From the human T2T-CHM13v2.0 reference genome, Homo sapiens, in assembly GCF_009914755.1 (NCBI RefSeq), contig NC_060931.1: a stretch of DNA of 64,000 nucleotides; one strand, given 5' to 3'. The position numbers were made by a program, and so were the translations under genes. Shown here one piece after another: positions 27,464 through 43,995 of this stretch (within the stretch, counting starts at the first letter, position 1; each line of letters starts with the position of its first letter). The notes beneath the pieces are model-generated. The model searched no databases, had not been told where the DNA came from, and was given only the letters and a program-made list of their open reading frames with translations.

Positions 27464-28618
27464 AGTTCACTTTTTTTTTTTTAACGAGGGTCAGAGATAA
27501 AGAGAGACTCCACTCAAAGGCCAATTTCAATGTAAGAGGACACCCTTCTTTTACAGATTAACTGGTAAGCAAAAAAATAAAATAAAAAATAAAAATACTG
27601 GTACTACAATTATTTGCTTCCTTATGAAACTTTCTACAATTCTTACCCACGGTGATCACCATTTTTTCTGAATTTCTGTTTCACTTAGGGCCTAACCTCT
27701 ATCACTTAGCAGTTGATTATGGGCTATTCATGGCTTTTCTTGCTCTTCATTGTTTTCTGGTGTTTTAATGGGCTCTTTCTTACAATAACACAAGGTCTTT
27801 GAGGACAGGGGCCATATCTTAGTATCTTCCATCATGCCCAGCTTCTAGACATCTACCTAGATAGTGAATAAATTAGAAAAACACTAATTTTAAAAGGGGA
27901 CTAAAGAAGAGGATGCAGCTAGCTAAAGGAACTGAAAAGTTATTAAACAGTAGGAAGAAAGAATCAGATTAGGAAAGTCCTATAATTGGGAAGCTAAGGG
28001 AGATGGGTATTTAACAATAAACAGGCAAGCAAGTAAAAAAATAAGCAAAAGCAAGAAAATTGAGGTATGGTGAATGGTGAGACATCCTAGAGAGGAAGCC
28101 ATCCCCTGTCATTATCTGTTGGGAGGCTGCTGGAGTTTCATGTCAGTGGAGTTTGGTGGATTGAGCCACTGAAGACTGCATGGGGAAAGGAAAGAGCAGG
28201 GGTAAGTTTTCAAAAGGTTGATGGTACGAGGATGGCTACATGTAGAAAAGCTGCTTAATCAGATGACAAAGCAAGAGTAGGGGTTTAAAAATGTTTGATA
28301 TTTTTAGGGATGAGGAGTTGTAAGTAAATTTATAAACTGAGAAGGAGACATTGGAGAGGTTCAGATTAAAGATGTAAGACAGAAAAGGAATAATAGGTCC
28401 CAGGAGAGAAAGAAGAGTGTAGAATTTGCTTTGGTAAAGAACAAGGACACCTGTTTCAAGAAGGGAGCTAAAGACAAGGGCAGAAGTTCTCATTAAATGT
28501 CTTGAACAATACCATTCTAGACATTTATCTCATTTAACTCTCAAAGTTACGCAAAGTAGATTTTATTATCTCTGTTTTGCAAAATAGGACTCAGAGGAAT
28601 AAACTTACTGAAGGCTAC

Positions 28619-28972
28619 CATATTAGTTCATTTTCACGCTGCTGATAAAGACATACCTGAGACTGGGCAATTTACAAAAGAAAGAGTTTTAATGGACTCA
28701 CAGTTCCACATGGCTGAGGAGGCCTCACAATCATGATGGAAAGTGAAAGACATGTCTCACATGGCGGCAGACAAGAGAGCTTGCTCAGAGAAACTCGCCT
28801 TTATAAAACCATCAGATCTTGTGAGACTTATTCACTATCATGAGAGTAGCACAGGAAAGACCTGCCCCCGTGATTCAATTACCTCCCACCAGGTCCCTCC
28901 CACAACACGTGGGAATTGTGGGAGCTACAGTTCAAGATGAGATTTGGGTGTGGACACAGCCAAACCATATCA
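28619..28972 (-). mobile_element. THE1B-like solo LTR inserted within an antisense MIR (~28500-29030)
   Basis: tattagttcattttcacgctgctgataaagacatacctgagactgg...gacacagccaaaccatatca. Diverged TSD gctac/gccat. Confidence 0.85.
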
Positions 28973-30523
28973 GCCATCATTGCTGGAAGTGGAAAAACTG
29001 AGTTTCAAATGTATATCTATCCTATTAAAAACCTTTCTGACACACTGAAGAAACTGTGAACATGGAGAAGTCAATGCTTGGCCACCAAAGTGAGTATAGA
29101 ACTAATCCCGGCAGGAATTGTACCCACCCTCATCTCTTCAACCACTATGAAAGAACGTTTTCCCTCTTGTCATTTTCTTTTTTGTGTGCATGATTAGAAA
29201 TGCTATTTACCAAGTGACCTTTGGTCAGTTCCAGTATTTCTGATTAATAAATTAATCTTAAGGTAAATTTTATTAAGGGTAGCTCGAGTTGTACTAAAAG
29301 GGTACTGCTAGTGCCTTTCAAGTGGCAGACTTGAGCTTTGAGGTGAGACTTTGATTTTGTATGTAGCTTAGTCTTTAAAATAACAAATATAAGGATGAAA
29401 TGGAAACTCTGTGAGGTTATCCAGTCACTCTGTAGAGCTTGAAAATCTGCCTTCTCATGTCTTTCTGTTTAAGGTAGACTCTAACCTTTTGATTCTGAAA
29501 AGCCATGTTCAAATAAATACTTATTCTAGTATAGAATAATCATAAAGCAAAGTGAAAATGCAAAGACTGCATGAGAATTATGGGTTTCATGTTTATTTCT
29601 CCTTGTAGTTATCTGGCTATATGTTTTCTTAAGTTTTCAGACGGGATACCACACTGCTGTTAATCTTTTTTAAACAAAGATTATATATTAAAATGAGAGC
29701 AACTTAGAAATTACACCAAAGCTGAATTTTCTTTGAAGATGATCACATCTTAATGAACGGATTTGTCCTAATTTATGAGAAGTATGAGTTTATAGAGTTG
29801 CATTTAAACTAAACTTCAATATATTAAAAGACCATAAAGCCAAGTTTTTAAAATTTGCATTTTAGTTTATTATATTATAAAAGATTGTAAAAATGAAGAA
29901 ACGGCTATTATCCAATTCAAAAAATTAAAAAACTACTTTTGGACTATTTTTCAAAATTCCATACTACTTACTCTGCCATTCTGAATAAAAAAAGGGATAA
30001 TCATAAAAAGTCTTCTAAAAAGATTGGATAGATAAAAAAAATGTACTTTAAACTTTGTGAAGGATAAAATAATGTAACAAAATTTAAGGAGAAAATTTTT
30101 AAAAAGTACTGACAATTTTATTATTTATCTTTATGAATATTACTCTCTAGTTTTTGCTTCCATCTGTACATACTTTCACAGAAACAAAACTGGAATGAAG
30201 TTAATCTGATAGTCTTTTCTACTGACATTAAATCGTAATTTTTTCCAGTTCATATATTTTCCTTAAAATTATCCACTTTAATTACATCGTAAAATGAAGA
30301 TAAACTTAATTCATCACCTGATAAACCTAATCGTAAATTATTTTTGAAAATACCTCCCCTAAACAAGATACTGAAAAAAAGCATCAGAGTTTTACAATAA
30401 ACTTCTCTTGGAAATACCTAAAGTATTACTAAGATATTGCTCAGTTATTCATTCTGCAAACATTTATTGAGTATAAAATATTTAGCTGGGTGCTATGAGA
30501 ATACAATGAGGGTAAAAATAATA

Positions 30524-30954
30524 CAGTTGACCCTTCAACAACATGAGTTTAAACTGTGAGGGTCTGCTTACATGTGGATTTCTTCTGTCTCTACCACCTC
30601 TGAGACAGCAAGACCAACCCCTCCTCTTCCTCCTCCTCCTCAGCCTACTCAACATGAAGATATGAGGATGAAGACTTTTATAATGACCCACTTATGCTTC
30701 ATGATTAGTAAACGTATGTTCTCTTCCTTTTAATTTTCTTAATAACATTTTCTTTTCTCTAGCTTACTTTATTGTAAGGATACAGAATATAATATATATA
30801 ACATATAAAATGTGTGTTAATTGGCTGTTTATGTTATCTGTAAGGTTTCTAGTCAACAGTAGGCTATTGGTAGTTAAGTTTGTGGGGAGTCAAAGATGTA
30901 GGTCAATTTTTACTGCACAGGGGGTTGGTGCCCCAACCCCTGAGTTGTTTACTG
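30524..30954 (+). mobile_element. Tigger2a (MER28-type) non-autonomous TcMar element
   Basis: TA|cagttgacccttcaacaac... left TIR; internal ccctcctcttcctcctcctcctcagcctactcaac; right TIR partly deleted. Confidence 0.8.
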
Positions 30955-31239
30955 GACTTTTAAATAGCATTTGCCTTAAAATATAGAGTGAAATTTTTTT
31001 TATGATGACAATAAAATCATTTTGTATAAGACTTATAAATACTGAAAAAATCTTAACTAGTATGTCCATCATGGATAAAAGACTGAATAAATTTAGAATT
31101 CATAATGACTTCCAAACATTTTGATATGTGTATTTTGCATTAGGTAATTCTGCCTCCCCTGTTTGAAGAGGTTATATTTGGAGGAAAGATGAGGAAGGCT
31201 TAGGAATGGGAGAAAATAGGGTCTCAGAGTACTATTAGC

Positions 31240-31627
31240 TGGGATATCAGTTCAGGTTCAACCGGAGAAACAGAACAAGTAGAAGATATATTTAGAGATT
31301 TATTGCAAGGAATTGGCTTATGCAACAGCGGGGCCTGGCAAGGCAAGTCGGAAGCTGGGGCACACTATCAGGAAGGAAAGGCTGGAACTGCCAGACACAA
31401 ACTGAAGCTGATGTCCACAGGAGGTAGTTCTTCTTCAAGGAAGTCTCAGCTCTATTCTTAAGGCCTTTCAACTGATTGAATCAGGCCCATCCAGATTATC
31501 TAGAATATGCTCTTTTACTTAAACTGTAATTACATTTACAAAATGCCTATGCAGCAACACCTGGAAGAGTGTTTTTTTGAATAACTGGACCCCGTAGCTA
31601 AGTTGACAGATAAAACCGACCATCACA
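31240..31627 (-). mobile_element. MLT2 (ERVL) solo LTR
   Basis: caggttcaaccggagaaacagaac...gatttattgcaaggaattggctta...agttgacagataaaaccgaccatcaca. Confidence 0.7.
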
Positions 31628-32639
31628 GTCAACAAAGATGACTTTTAATATGAACTACTGATAAATCTATTTCTAGAATAGCAATGATTTATTCCCTCAT
31701 TTGTATCACATATGCCTCTCTAGGTCAGCATAGTCAGGTGAGATCCACCTATTACAGGTATGGAGGGATCTTCCATTGTCCTATCTTTTCATTTCTAATG
31801 AAGATACAGTTTGGTTGAGTGTCAAATTGCCAAACAAAGTTAGAACAATGGCAATTTGAGAGAATCAAGTAGATCAACTCAGGGAGATAAGTCAAAAGAC
31901 AAAGACTCCTTTTCTCTGTGTTGTTTCAGAAAAGTTGGCTCAGAAAAGATGGCTTCATTCCACATTTTAATGAATATGGCATGTGTCCATTAACTCCTCA
32001 TTCTCTTATCTAAAGGGAAGCACCTCCATTGAGCCAAATACAAACATCCTCTTTCTACAACCTTCGGAAAGCTGCAATGTAGCCCTATCTTGCCATCAAC
32101 ATTCCTCTGCAATGTTTTCTAACTTACAGTTGAATCAAGTTCCACTACCATGCATCATAAAGGTAATGTTAAAGATGCTCAGAGAAATACGGTTGAAGAA
32201 ACTCATCCTTACAGAAGCACCTATGAATAAAATAATCCATAAATTTTATTTCAGAGACTGTATCTTTCCCGAGCTAGTATTTTCCCACCAATGAATGATA
32301 AGACTTCTCTGAAATACTAGTAACACTGATGGAAGTTGGATTCTATTACCTATTGTTTGCTTACAATTTACCAACACCAGTGGCTGGGTAAATAGTTTTT
32401 ATAGGACAATGAATAATGTTGCAGAGTGTTAGCTGACTAGGAATGCCACAGCCATTATGACCTTCATCCCGTATCTTAAAATCTCTATAAAAACATGCTC
32501 AGGTATTTTTTCTCTCTTGGTATTGGACCTGAAATTCAGGCTTAAAAATATATTGTCATCTATATATCTAGATAACTAATGCTTAATAATTATCTCCAAA
32601 TTAGATCATGATATAAATGAAGGGAGAGGAAATAGCAGT

Positions 32640-32860
32640 AGTATTTATTAAAGGTTCACCTGGGCATTTTATATATATTGGCTCATTCCGCCCCAAATCT
32701 CTGTGAGTTGTATATCGGAATTTCTATTTTATATCTGAGGAAACATAACTTTAGAAGGGTTAATTAATTCACCCAAGGAAAAACAGTAAATACCGTGCTG
32801 AGAGTCCAAACCAAGATTAAAATCTAGGTTTATGTACCTCTAGACTCTATATATTTTCTA
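32640..32860 (-). mobile_element. MIR remnant
   Basis: ttttatatctgaggaaac...ttagaagggttaattaattcacccaagg. Confidence 0.55.
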
Positions 32861-32871
32861 CCTCAAGAAGT

Positions 32872-32942
32872 TAGAAAGGAAGGAAGGGGGGAAGAAAGGA
32901 AAGAGAAAGAAAGGAAGGGAGGGAAAGGAAGGAAGAAAGAGA
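32872..32942 (+). repeat. Purine-rich (GGAA/GAAA)n low-complexity tract
   Basis: Seen directly. Confidence 0.85.
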
Positions 32943-34952
32943 ATGAGGCAACCTAATAAGTTAATCAGTTGGGGAATTTTTAATTTCTTATATTGAAACA
33001 TTAATATGGGCTTCCAGCATAGTTAAAGACCCAAACTTTATTTTTTTGTTGTTTTGTTAAGTAGTAGGCCAAAAGAGACATTTATAAGAGCTGCACAAAC
33101 TTCTTTCTGAAAAATCCTACCTTTTTATGTTTTTTCAATATCCACTATTGGCCCTGACAAGTATATTAAAAAATATGGTTTATATAACAATTTGTTTGAA
33201 ATGATATTGAAAAACATTTGATGTGAAAGAAACGAAAAAAACATGCCTCTCTCTACAGAGCATTTGACTTTCATGTTTTTAATATCAAGGTATTTCAAAT
33301 AGAACATATGAATTGTATATTGATTAAATAGAAAAATGCTGTAAAAGGTTATCCCCTTCTTTTCAGACATAAGATATGGAAACGAAATGTTGATGTTTTC
33401 TTTCTTTCTTCTTCTTCTTCTTTTTTTGATCTTTTCAGAAGAAACTCTTATGTCTAAGCCTAACACAAGTGACACATCCAGTGTTTCATTCTTACCTTAT
33501 AAATTTGCTTTTGATAGAGTTCTCCGAGATCCTGTTAAAACGAGAAAGATCAGAAATCACCAGCTTGGCAGAGCCCGGTGGGCAGCACCTGGGGGGATGA
33601 ACAGCAGGACACTGATACAGACATGAAATTCAACTATCAGAGATATTGAGACTTACTCCATTAGGGTAGGGACTTGCTTCCTGTCAAAAACAAACAAACA
33701 AAAATATGAAATCACCCTCAGTTCGATTTTGTAAGTAGGAGGGAGAGCAGACTAGAGGAAGAGGCACTAGGGGAGGAACCACGCTGAGGAGCAGAAAGGA
33801 GGGCACTGGGTGTATAAGCAGAGGGGAGGGAGGTCCTGCGCAGGAAGGCAAGGCCCTGGTGGACAGCAACAGCAACTAGAACAAACAGTCCACTCTGCAG
33901 GTCTGTTCAGCCAGCCTGTTGGCTATATTTAGTATTTCATAAATTTTATAAACTCATGTTACTTTAGTTGGCTCAAATGTTAAAATCAATTAATCTTTCT
34001 CTTTAGAAGGCAGATATTTAAGCCTACCTAGAAACCAAACATATTTTATTTTGTTTTTATTTCAAAATCTCAAAATGGTGAGGTAATCAAGGCAGCAAAA
34101 TTAAGAGGATCAACATTATGAGACGTTGAAGTATACCAAAAGAAGCTTAATATGTAAACGAGGACAAACAGGTTTCTGCTCCATTAATCACAGTTATAAA
34201 TTTGCATAAAGAGAACTGGGAGAACAATTTATAAGGTTCTAATGTAAATATAAGAAATCTTAATGAAATGGTATCAACCAAAGCCGAGAAAAAGTGTGTA
34301 CCTCCTAAATGCTGGTTATGCTACATAGGTCTCTTAGATTTTCACAAATGACTTGAATTTTGGAATAACTAGACAAATGTTCTCCAAACTAATAAAAGAT
34401 GGCCAAAAGGTAGATTAATATAGTAAAAAATTATAATATACTTTTTTGGCATCGGAATGTTCTAAAATAATTGTTTAAATATAGGTGTTAGCAATATCCA
34501 AAAATATATTCTAAACCTGATGACGAAGGTATAAGATAATCAATGGCAATGATTTGTCTCCTCCTTCTATCCCTGAGCAATTTCTTATTCTTTTTCCTTC
34601 CAGTCTGGGAATAAACCACTTTCTTTGTTTAGCCATAAGAAACAACTCATCCATTAAAGTTTTATCATGAGATTGCAGCAATTCAGTTACATCTTCAGAC
34701 TCCATTTCTAATGCTAATTCTTTTGTTATTTCTATTACATTCGCAGTGACTTGCTCCACTGAAGTTTTGAACCTCTCAAACTCACTCATGATGTTTGGAA
34801 TCAACTTCTTTCAAACTCCTTTTATTGCTAATATGTTGATTTCCTCCCATGAATGTTTTTAATGGCTTCTAGGATGGCAAATCCTTACCAGGAGGTTTTC
34901 AATGTAGTTTACTCAGATCCATCAAAGAAATCACTATCCATGGCAGCTATAG

Positions 34953-35591
<639 letters not shown>

Positions 35592-38136
35592 TAAATAATA
35601 TAACTTGAAAGTCAAAATTACTCCTTTGTCCATGGGCAATAGAATTCATGTTGTATTAGCAGGCATGAAAAAACATTAATCTTGTTCATCTCCATGAGGG
35701 CTCTTGCCTAACCAGGTGCATTGTCAATGAGCAGTAATATTTTGAAAGGAATATTTATTATTTTTTCTGGGCAGTAACTCTCAATGGGCTTAAAGTATTC
35801 AGTAAACCTGTTAAAGTTGTAAACAGATGTGCTGTCCTCCAAGCTTTGTTGTTCCATTTCTAGAGCACAGGCAGTGTAGAGTTAACAGAACTCTTAAGGA
35901 TCCTAGGATTTTTGCAAAAGTAAATGAGCACTGGCTTCATCTTCAAGTAACCTGCTGCATTAGCCCCTAATAAGGGGCTGTCCTTTGAAGGTTTGAAGCC
36001 AAGCGTTCACTTTTCCTCTTTAGCTGTGAGTGTCCTAGATGGCATCCTCTTCCAATAGAAAGATGTTTCATCTAGATTGAAAATCTGTTGTTTAGTGTAG
36101 CCACCTTCATCAATTACCTTAGCTGGAACTTCTAGGTAACTTGCTGTAGCTTCTATATCAGCATTTGCTGTTTCACTTTGCACTCTCACATTACGAAGAA
36201 GGCTTCTTTCCTAAATCTCATGAACCAACCTCTGGTAGCTTCAAATTTTTCTTCTGCAGACTTCTCACCTTTCTGAGCCTTCATATAACTGAAGAGAGTT
36301 AGGGCCTTGCTCTGGATTAGGCTATGGCTTAAGGGAATGTTGTGGTTGGTTCTATGCAGACCACTAAAACTTTCTCCATATCAGCAATAAAGCTGTTTCA
36401 CTTTTCTATCTTTCATCTGTTCACTGGAGTAGCACTTTCAATTGCCTTTGAGAATCTTTTCTTTGCATTCACAACTTTGCTAGCTGTTTGGCGCAAGAGG
36501 GTTAGCTTCCAGCCTATCTTGGCTTTCGACATGTCTTCCTCACTAAGCTTAATGATGTCTAGCTTTTGATTTAAATTGAGCGATGTGTGACTTTCTTTCA
36601 CTCGAATACTTAGAGGCCATCTTATGGTTATGAACAGGGCTAATTTCAATATTATTTTGTCTCAAGGAATAAGAAGGCCTGAGGAGAAGGCAAAAGATGA
36701 GGGATCAGCTGGTCAGTAGAGCAGTCAGAACTCACATAATTATCAATTAAGTTTGTCATCTTCTATGGGCACAGTTAATGGCACTCCAAAACAATGACAA
36801 TAGTAACGTCAAAGATCACTGATCACAGATCACCATAACAGATGTAATAATAATGAAAAATTTTAAATTTTGAAAGAATTACCAGAGTGTGACAGAGAGA
36901 CACAAAGTGAGAGCATGCCATTGAAAAAACAAACAACAACAAAAAAACCCGATGCCAATAGATTTACTCGAAGCAGGGTTGCCACAAGCCTTCAATTTAT
37001 AATAAAGCATATGATCTGTGAAGCACAATGAAATGAGAATGCCTGTGTATATCTGAAGTCACCCAATGGAGGATGTATCAGTGCCTATGTCTCTGTGTGG
37101 GAACATAACATGATGTGTCTGTGTGTGTGGTTTAAATATATAAATAACACACACACACTCACAAACACACACTCGTGGTTTCAAAAAGAAACTACTCAAG
37201 CACAATTCTTCTACTCAAAATGTCCCTGAAGTGAGACATTTAGCTCTGATGAACTTCTATACTATGTGGGGCAGACTTCTTGAAAATAACAATACACAGA
37301 GCTTATTTGAAAAGCAAACAAATCAGATTACTTATATGCTATAGGTGTTTGCTATTAAATTTGAAAATAACATATGTGGGGAGAATAATCAGGCTGTAGG
37401 TAACTAAAAGTTGACTGTCATCACTAAATTAACTACAAGTGAATCCAAGATTAAAAGTGACAGAGGCAGAAAAAAATAAAAATGAAGTGTAATGTCATAC
37501 AGCTGAAACCAGAGTAATTTACCAAGAGCAGATACAAATTCAATGGGAGGGGTTGGCTTCGGTGAAATATGGGAGATAAAGATCTAAGGTAACATAGACT
37601 AAATGTAAATTTTAAAAAATGATCTGAGGTGAGAATGTTGTGGAAATATGTAACCAATATTTTTAAGAACTGTTTTTTTCCATCAATTCAACATTGCTGT
37701 TATCCTGTTTCTAGTTTCACCTTAATATAGAAACAAAGCAATTCCAGTAAGATATATAAAATATGTGCAGGCATGATTCAGAGGAATAGAAAAAAGAATG
37801 AATAATTTGAGGAGGAAAAATATAATTGGGGTTATATATGTAGGATAAAGGTATATAAAACAAGCCCTTAAAAATAATGTTAACTGCCTTGAAAATGTTA
37901 TTTTTAATGAGAAAGTAGATTAATGAAGACATTGGCCTTCACTTGTATTAGAAAGGATTTAGCAGAGATTTTATCTGAAGCAACTTCTTAGCATAGTGTA
38001 AATGAAATATTTGCCTGAGTATCGGGTTTAGAAGTTTCACTGAAAGGAAAAGAAACTTGACTTGCTGCCTCAAATTCTAGTAGCTGAAATTATATGAGGT
38101 GAAGTTTCCAACGCTGTCTCTTAAGATAGCCGACCT

Positions 38137-38472
<336 letters not shown>

Positions 38473-41400
38473 CTAAGTCAGATTCTTTGGGCAAAACTTG
38501 ACTTATCCACAGACTCTAGTTCAATCACAAGCATAATCACAGTCTGTGAGACTGAAATCCATAATCAAAATGCCATTAAATTAACTTAAAACAAGAAGAC
38601 TAACTGCTAAAGGGAGAGGAGGGTCTGGCCACCACACTGTGTGGGTAAGGTATATGGAGAGCCAAATTGTAAACTAGGATGCCAGTGTATTAATTTGTAA
38701 TGAAAAAGTGTATTGCTGAAAGGACTGGACACTTCTGTTCTCTACCCCGCCAAATCTCCCCCTGCAGGGCTACCAGATGGGAAGCCAAATTAAAATCAGA
38801 TGCTTGCTTCTTGGGCTTGGAATTGGAACAAGAGGAGTAAATGATAGGATTGCAAGTTCAGGGTAACAGGTCATCTTTGGACTGTGGAGCCCTTTCTCCT
38901 AGGCTGCCGATGGCTATGCACAAACTTGATCTTGTTTACTGTGCTTTCCCCTCCAGCTTCCCACTGACCCTTTGTTTTTTCTATAGTTCTGTTAATGTAC
39001 TCAATCAGGCTACAGTGGGGTCTTGCTGGCCTGGGAGCTATTTAGTTCTCTTTGTGGTAATTTTGTTCCCATCTTTCCACTGAGTGTTGATATTTTAGTT
39101 TAACTCACAAGGCACAATCTTATTTTTGGAACTCTTCAGGGAGGCCCCCCTCAACCCAGCACTGACGATGTAAGACAACAGAGATGATTGCTTAAATGTT
39201 TTCCAATCCTACATCTCTGTGGCAAAAAGTTTTTTAACACTATATTATGGCACACAGATAACTGAATTTCCTTTCCAAAGAGTAGAAAAGACAAAGGAAA
39301 GGAAAATCTGGGTGGACTCAGAAGATGTGGCCTCTATAAAACTAAATCCTCAATCTTTTCTCATTTCTAAGAAGGGGAAAAATGATGATGATTGAGATGT
39401 TGGAATTCATTGTCAGGAAACTTGAATTTTTGCTCCCCATGGAGATCAAATGGAATATGCAGATGGAGTACTTTATTTCTTGGTAGCTTTTATAGATATT
39501 TTGATCATTTTCTTCATATTAGAGATTTCAATTTGAAATTGACTGTGAAGATATAGAAACACATGCTCAGCAGAAACGTCTTACGACATATTAAACCATT
39601 TTCTCCCTGGAAACTGTTGTGATAATAAATACTACCAACATAGAGGAAACCACTGGGGTGGATAAACCTTATTATCTATCTGTGCATTATTGTTAAAAAT
39701 ACTAAAATCAAGCCATGTGTGTTGCATGGAGTTCTACTGGAAAGCTATCATGTAATAATACAAAGGAAGATAAGAGAGAAGAAATACAAATGGGAGTGAC
39801 TAGAGAGTAATACAATTAATTTATAGCCACATATATTAAATTTGTTTAATATTGACAGTAGATTTACCCCTGGGAAGGAGAAGAAGAAAACAGAATAGAT
39901 TTTATTTTAAAGAACTCCTGAAACCTTACCGGATGTTGCCTAATGAGGTGATGTAACATAAAACATCACTCGATGCTGTATTTGCATACTGCCTTTTTCC
40001 CCTAAGAGATTGTTTTGAAAGAATAACAAAGAAACAGAAATGAGGTGGAAAACAAAATAACAAAGCATAAATATTTTCTCAGTGTTTGCAAATATTCATA
40101 ATAATTTCCTATCCTCTGATTCATTAGTTCTCTCAAAAGCCCACCTGGATGTCCTCAGAATGCAAACTGATACTTAATTATTACATTGGGATCTAGATTC
40201 TTTATAGCTATGCCACTCGTGTGAAAAATATGCATATCTATTTAAGAGCTGTGCAAAGCAGTGGTGATGTGAGTTATGCCATTTTGCTCAACACAAGACA
40301 AACTCCTAAAAACAGCTTTAATGTAGACACAAACTGTTTTGATAAATAAAGCTAACTCTTAACAAGATTGTTCAGAGAAGACTGACTTTTTCAATGTATT
40401 CCTTTGTACCCTTTTCCTTTCAATGTAGAACCTTCTCTTCCTGCTGCTTCCTACAACCTTTTCCTCCTACAGTTTTCTGAGCAACTCCACTTATCCATAG
40501 AGAAAAAGATTTTGGCACTCTGATTTTCAGATTACTCTTAGCCCAAGGTCTACATATCTTTCCCTTCTTCCTCACCCTTCCCAATTTCACAGGAGACCCA
40601 GTGCTCCCTTGTCTCGCTTTAAATTCTTCCCTATAATAGGCCAGAAAGACTCTGACACCAGATGCATTGGATTTGTTTTCTAACTAAATTTTAGTATAAA
40701 AACATTTAAGTCTAGTGACATCACCTCGTGCGTATGGTTTTGCATTTAGTACCCTTCATATTCCATTTTGAAATTGGCCATTCACTCATTCATTCTCTGA
40801 ACTGGTGCATATTGATCATCTGCTCTCTTTAAGGCACTAAGCTAACTTCTATGAGAGGTTAAAAAATAAGACCTGGTCCCTTAAGGCCAGTTAAAGACAA
40901 GGCCTATTAAAGATTTAATCTTCTACTAAAGACATTTCAAACAGCCTTTGCTTAAAGAGAAGTAAGATGGTAGGAGACTGGTTAGCCTCTGAAATCACAT
41001 TATGCCTAATATTGGCCCTAAAAATATATTTTGTTGAGGTCTTTGTTAAGGGAGATATGGGGATATGGGGCAGATGAAATCACAGCATACTCTTCCTCTG
41101 TCAGAATTCTCATGCCCCCCTATTGCACACCCACCAACCCAACAAACACACACATTAAGATATAATTACTTATACCCAGACTTCTGTTTGCAAGGGGCTG
41201 CTGTCCTGCCTATGGCTATTGAAAACCTATTTCTCCATGATGTACCTATCTTTCCTGGGCCCTTTACCTATAATATGCACTTCCCTCCTCTTCCAGTCAT
41301 GTAGTAGATATAATCCTCCAGTTAACCCAGCCCCTAACTTCAGTGTTTTATTTTGTCTCAAAAATCCAAATATTTCCATCGAATATTTGGTGTACTTTTT

Positions 41401-41709
41401 AGAGAATGCCGTGTCATTTTTTTTTGTAATTCTTCTTTTCTAAAATTCTTGAATTTTAATTTTAAGCGGTGCATTTTTATTTCTGAAAATCAAATTTGGC
41501 TAATGAAGTGTTTAGCCCAATCCAGTGAAGCTCAGCTCCCTCTTTGAGCCACAGTCTGTGCTGTCTAACGAACCTTCACTGAACTCATGGGTAGTACAAT
41601 TTAGTAGTGGTATTTCAGTAGTACCTGTTGTATGCCTCGACAAGGCTTTGGAGAAAATTCCTCTGTTCTGATTTCCAAATTCAGCTCTTTTCTCTGCTAA
41701 TTGCTTCTT

Positions 41710-42011
41710 CTTCTTCTTTTTTTTTTTTTTTTAGACGGAGTCTTGCTCTGTCACCCAGGCTGGAGTGCAGTGGCATGACCTCGGCTCACTACGACCCCTG
41801 CCTGCTGGGTTCAAGTGAGTCTCCTGCCACAGCCTCCTAAGTAGCTGGGATTACAGGTGTGTGCCACTACGCCTGGCTAATTTTTGTATTTTTAGTAGAG
41901 ACGGGGTTTCACCATGTTGGTCAGGCTGTTCTTGAACTCCTGACCTCGTGATCTGCCCACCTCGGCCTCCCAAAGTGCTGGGATTATAGGCGTGAGCCAC
42001 GGCGCCTGGCC
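41710..42011 (-). mobile_element. Alu (AluSg-like)
   Basis: Dimeric; TSD attgcttctt. Confidence 0.92.
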
Positions 42012-43022
42012 CATTGCTTCTTGATATAAGTACTAGCTATTCTACAGCCTGCACCATGACGTAGCCCTACCTAGTAGAAACTTTGAGTTAGATTGCAGTC
42101 ATCAAAGCCATTTGCCCTTCCTTTGTCTCTAATAAAATTACCAAGGACCTCTCCTTAAGTAGTCTATCATCCTAAACTCTCAGGAGATACCTCTGAGTCT
42201 TGGTTTTCTTTAAGGTTTGCAAGAAAGGCCAATCACTCCTTTCTTAGAACATTTAATACCACTTTTTAACTTATTTCCTATAATACCAAGATGGCACACA
42301 TATTAATCAAAAACACAAACCCTCCCGATCTGACATAATGTAGATGCAACATTACACACTTTGCCCAGTAAGTACCCTCTCCACCTCAAGGATCCTTTGC
42401 CCTTTACAAACCATGTTTCAGGTTCTCCATCTCTATCACAGCCTGAAGGGCAATGTCCCAATGTATTCAGGAATCATTTAGACTATGATGGGATGGCACA
42501 GTCCCTACATCTGCTACCAAATCAAGGAGCTGATTAACAGTGCATTGCAGCTCTTGGCAAGAGTTAGAGTAGGAAATAAAATTAAGGTGTAGGGGTTAGG
42601 CAGGAAATTCAGATAAAACTACTTGGGAAATGTAGCTAAGCAAGATATAATTATCTAACTTATAATTAGACTAGAACATCAGGCCTCCCATCCCTAAAGG
42701 CTTCTTTTTGCAAAGAGACAAGTGATACCATCAGGTAGCAGATGGTATTCTTGTATGGGTGTGAGTGAGTGATGAACACTTCTTACCTTAAGAATTTGGT
42801 TGTAGGAATTATTCCTACTGGTGATAACTTGCTAGCTTAATAGTTCATTATTTCTGTGTCTTCCATTCCTTTGGGCTAGTACACTTATTAAATTAGAAAG
42901 GTGGGGTGGTCTGCAAAATTTCAGTGACATCTCTACAGGCTAGCTATTGGCCTCTGCCATTTGATCATCTCAAACTATCTAGCAAATTAATACAACCAAC
43001 GAAAGCCGACAGACTACATTGA

Positions 43023-43457
<435 letters not shown>

Positions 43458-43889
43458 GAATGTTTCTGTTTTAAAGATCCTTGCATGTGGCTCTGTATGT
43501 AACCCTGTCCTTGCAAAGTTGTTAGAAAAAGATAAATGAACTCCCATTGGTTTAAGGAATTGACTGTGAAGAGCGTGATGTAATCTAAAAATCAGAACAC
43601 CAAAACTTGTTTCCTCTTTGGATAAGTAGAATTGGTCAAAGAACAGAGTTTATGACTTCTCTTCACATAAGAGATGACATTATCTATGATGAAAGACCTA
43701 GTTCTTGATTTTCTTCAGATTCCACATGGACATCTTACTTGCTAAAAGCAACGTGGCCAAACAATTTCTGCCTGTAGCAAATTGTTTTCAGTTATGTTTC
43801 CTCACGAAGTAGTATCCTGAAATTACCAGTTTGCATACTGTTTGCAATTATTACTACAAATGCAGTTTAGCTTTTGTGTAAATGAACGA

Positions 43890-43995
43890 ATTTTTATTGT
43901 ATATATTTAAGGTATAGAACATGATGTTTTCATATATACATACATAGTGAAATAATTACTGTAGTCCAGCAAATTAATATATCCACCACCTAATA
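43890..43995 (-). mobile_element. Short L1MA 3'-end fragment
   Basis: attgtatatatttaaggtatagaacatgatgtttt...aattaatatatccaccacct. Confidence 0.6.

Noticed and set aside
42725-42818. Two short inverted repeats (ATACCATC/GATGGTAT and GTAGGAAT/ATTCCTAC)
   Set aside because: 8-bp stems are expected by chance several times in 64 kb; there is no miRNA-length hairpin or TIR/TSD structure.
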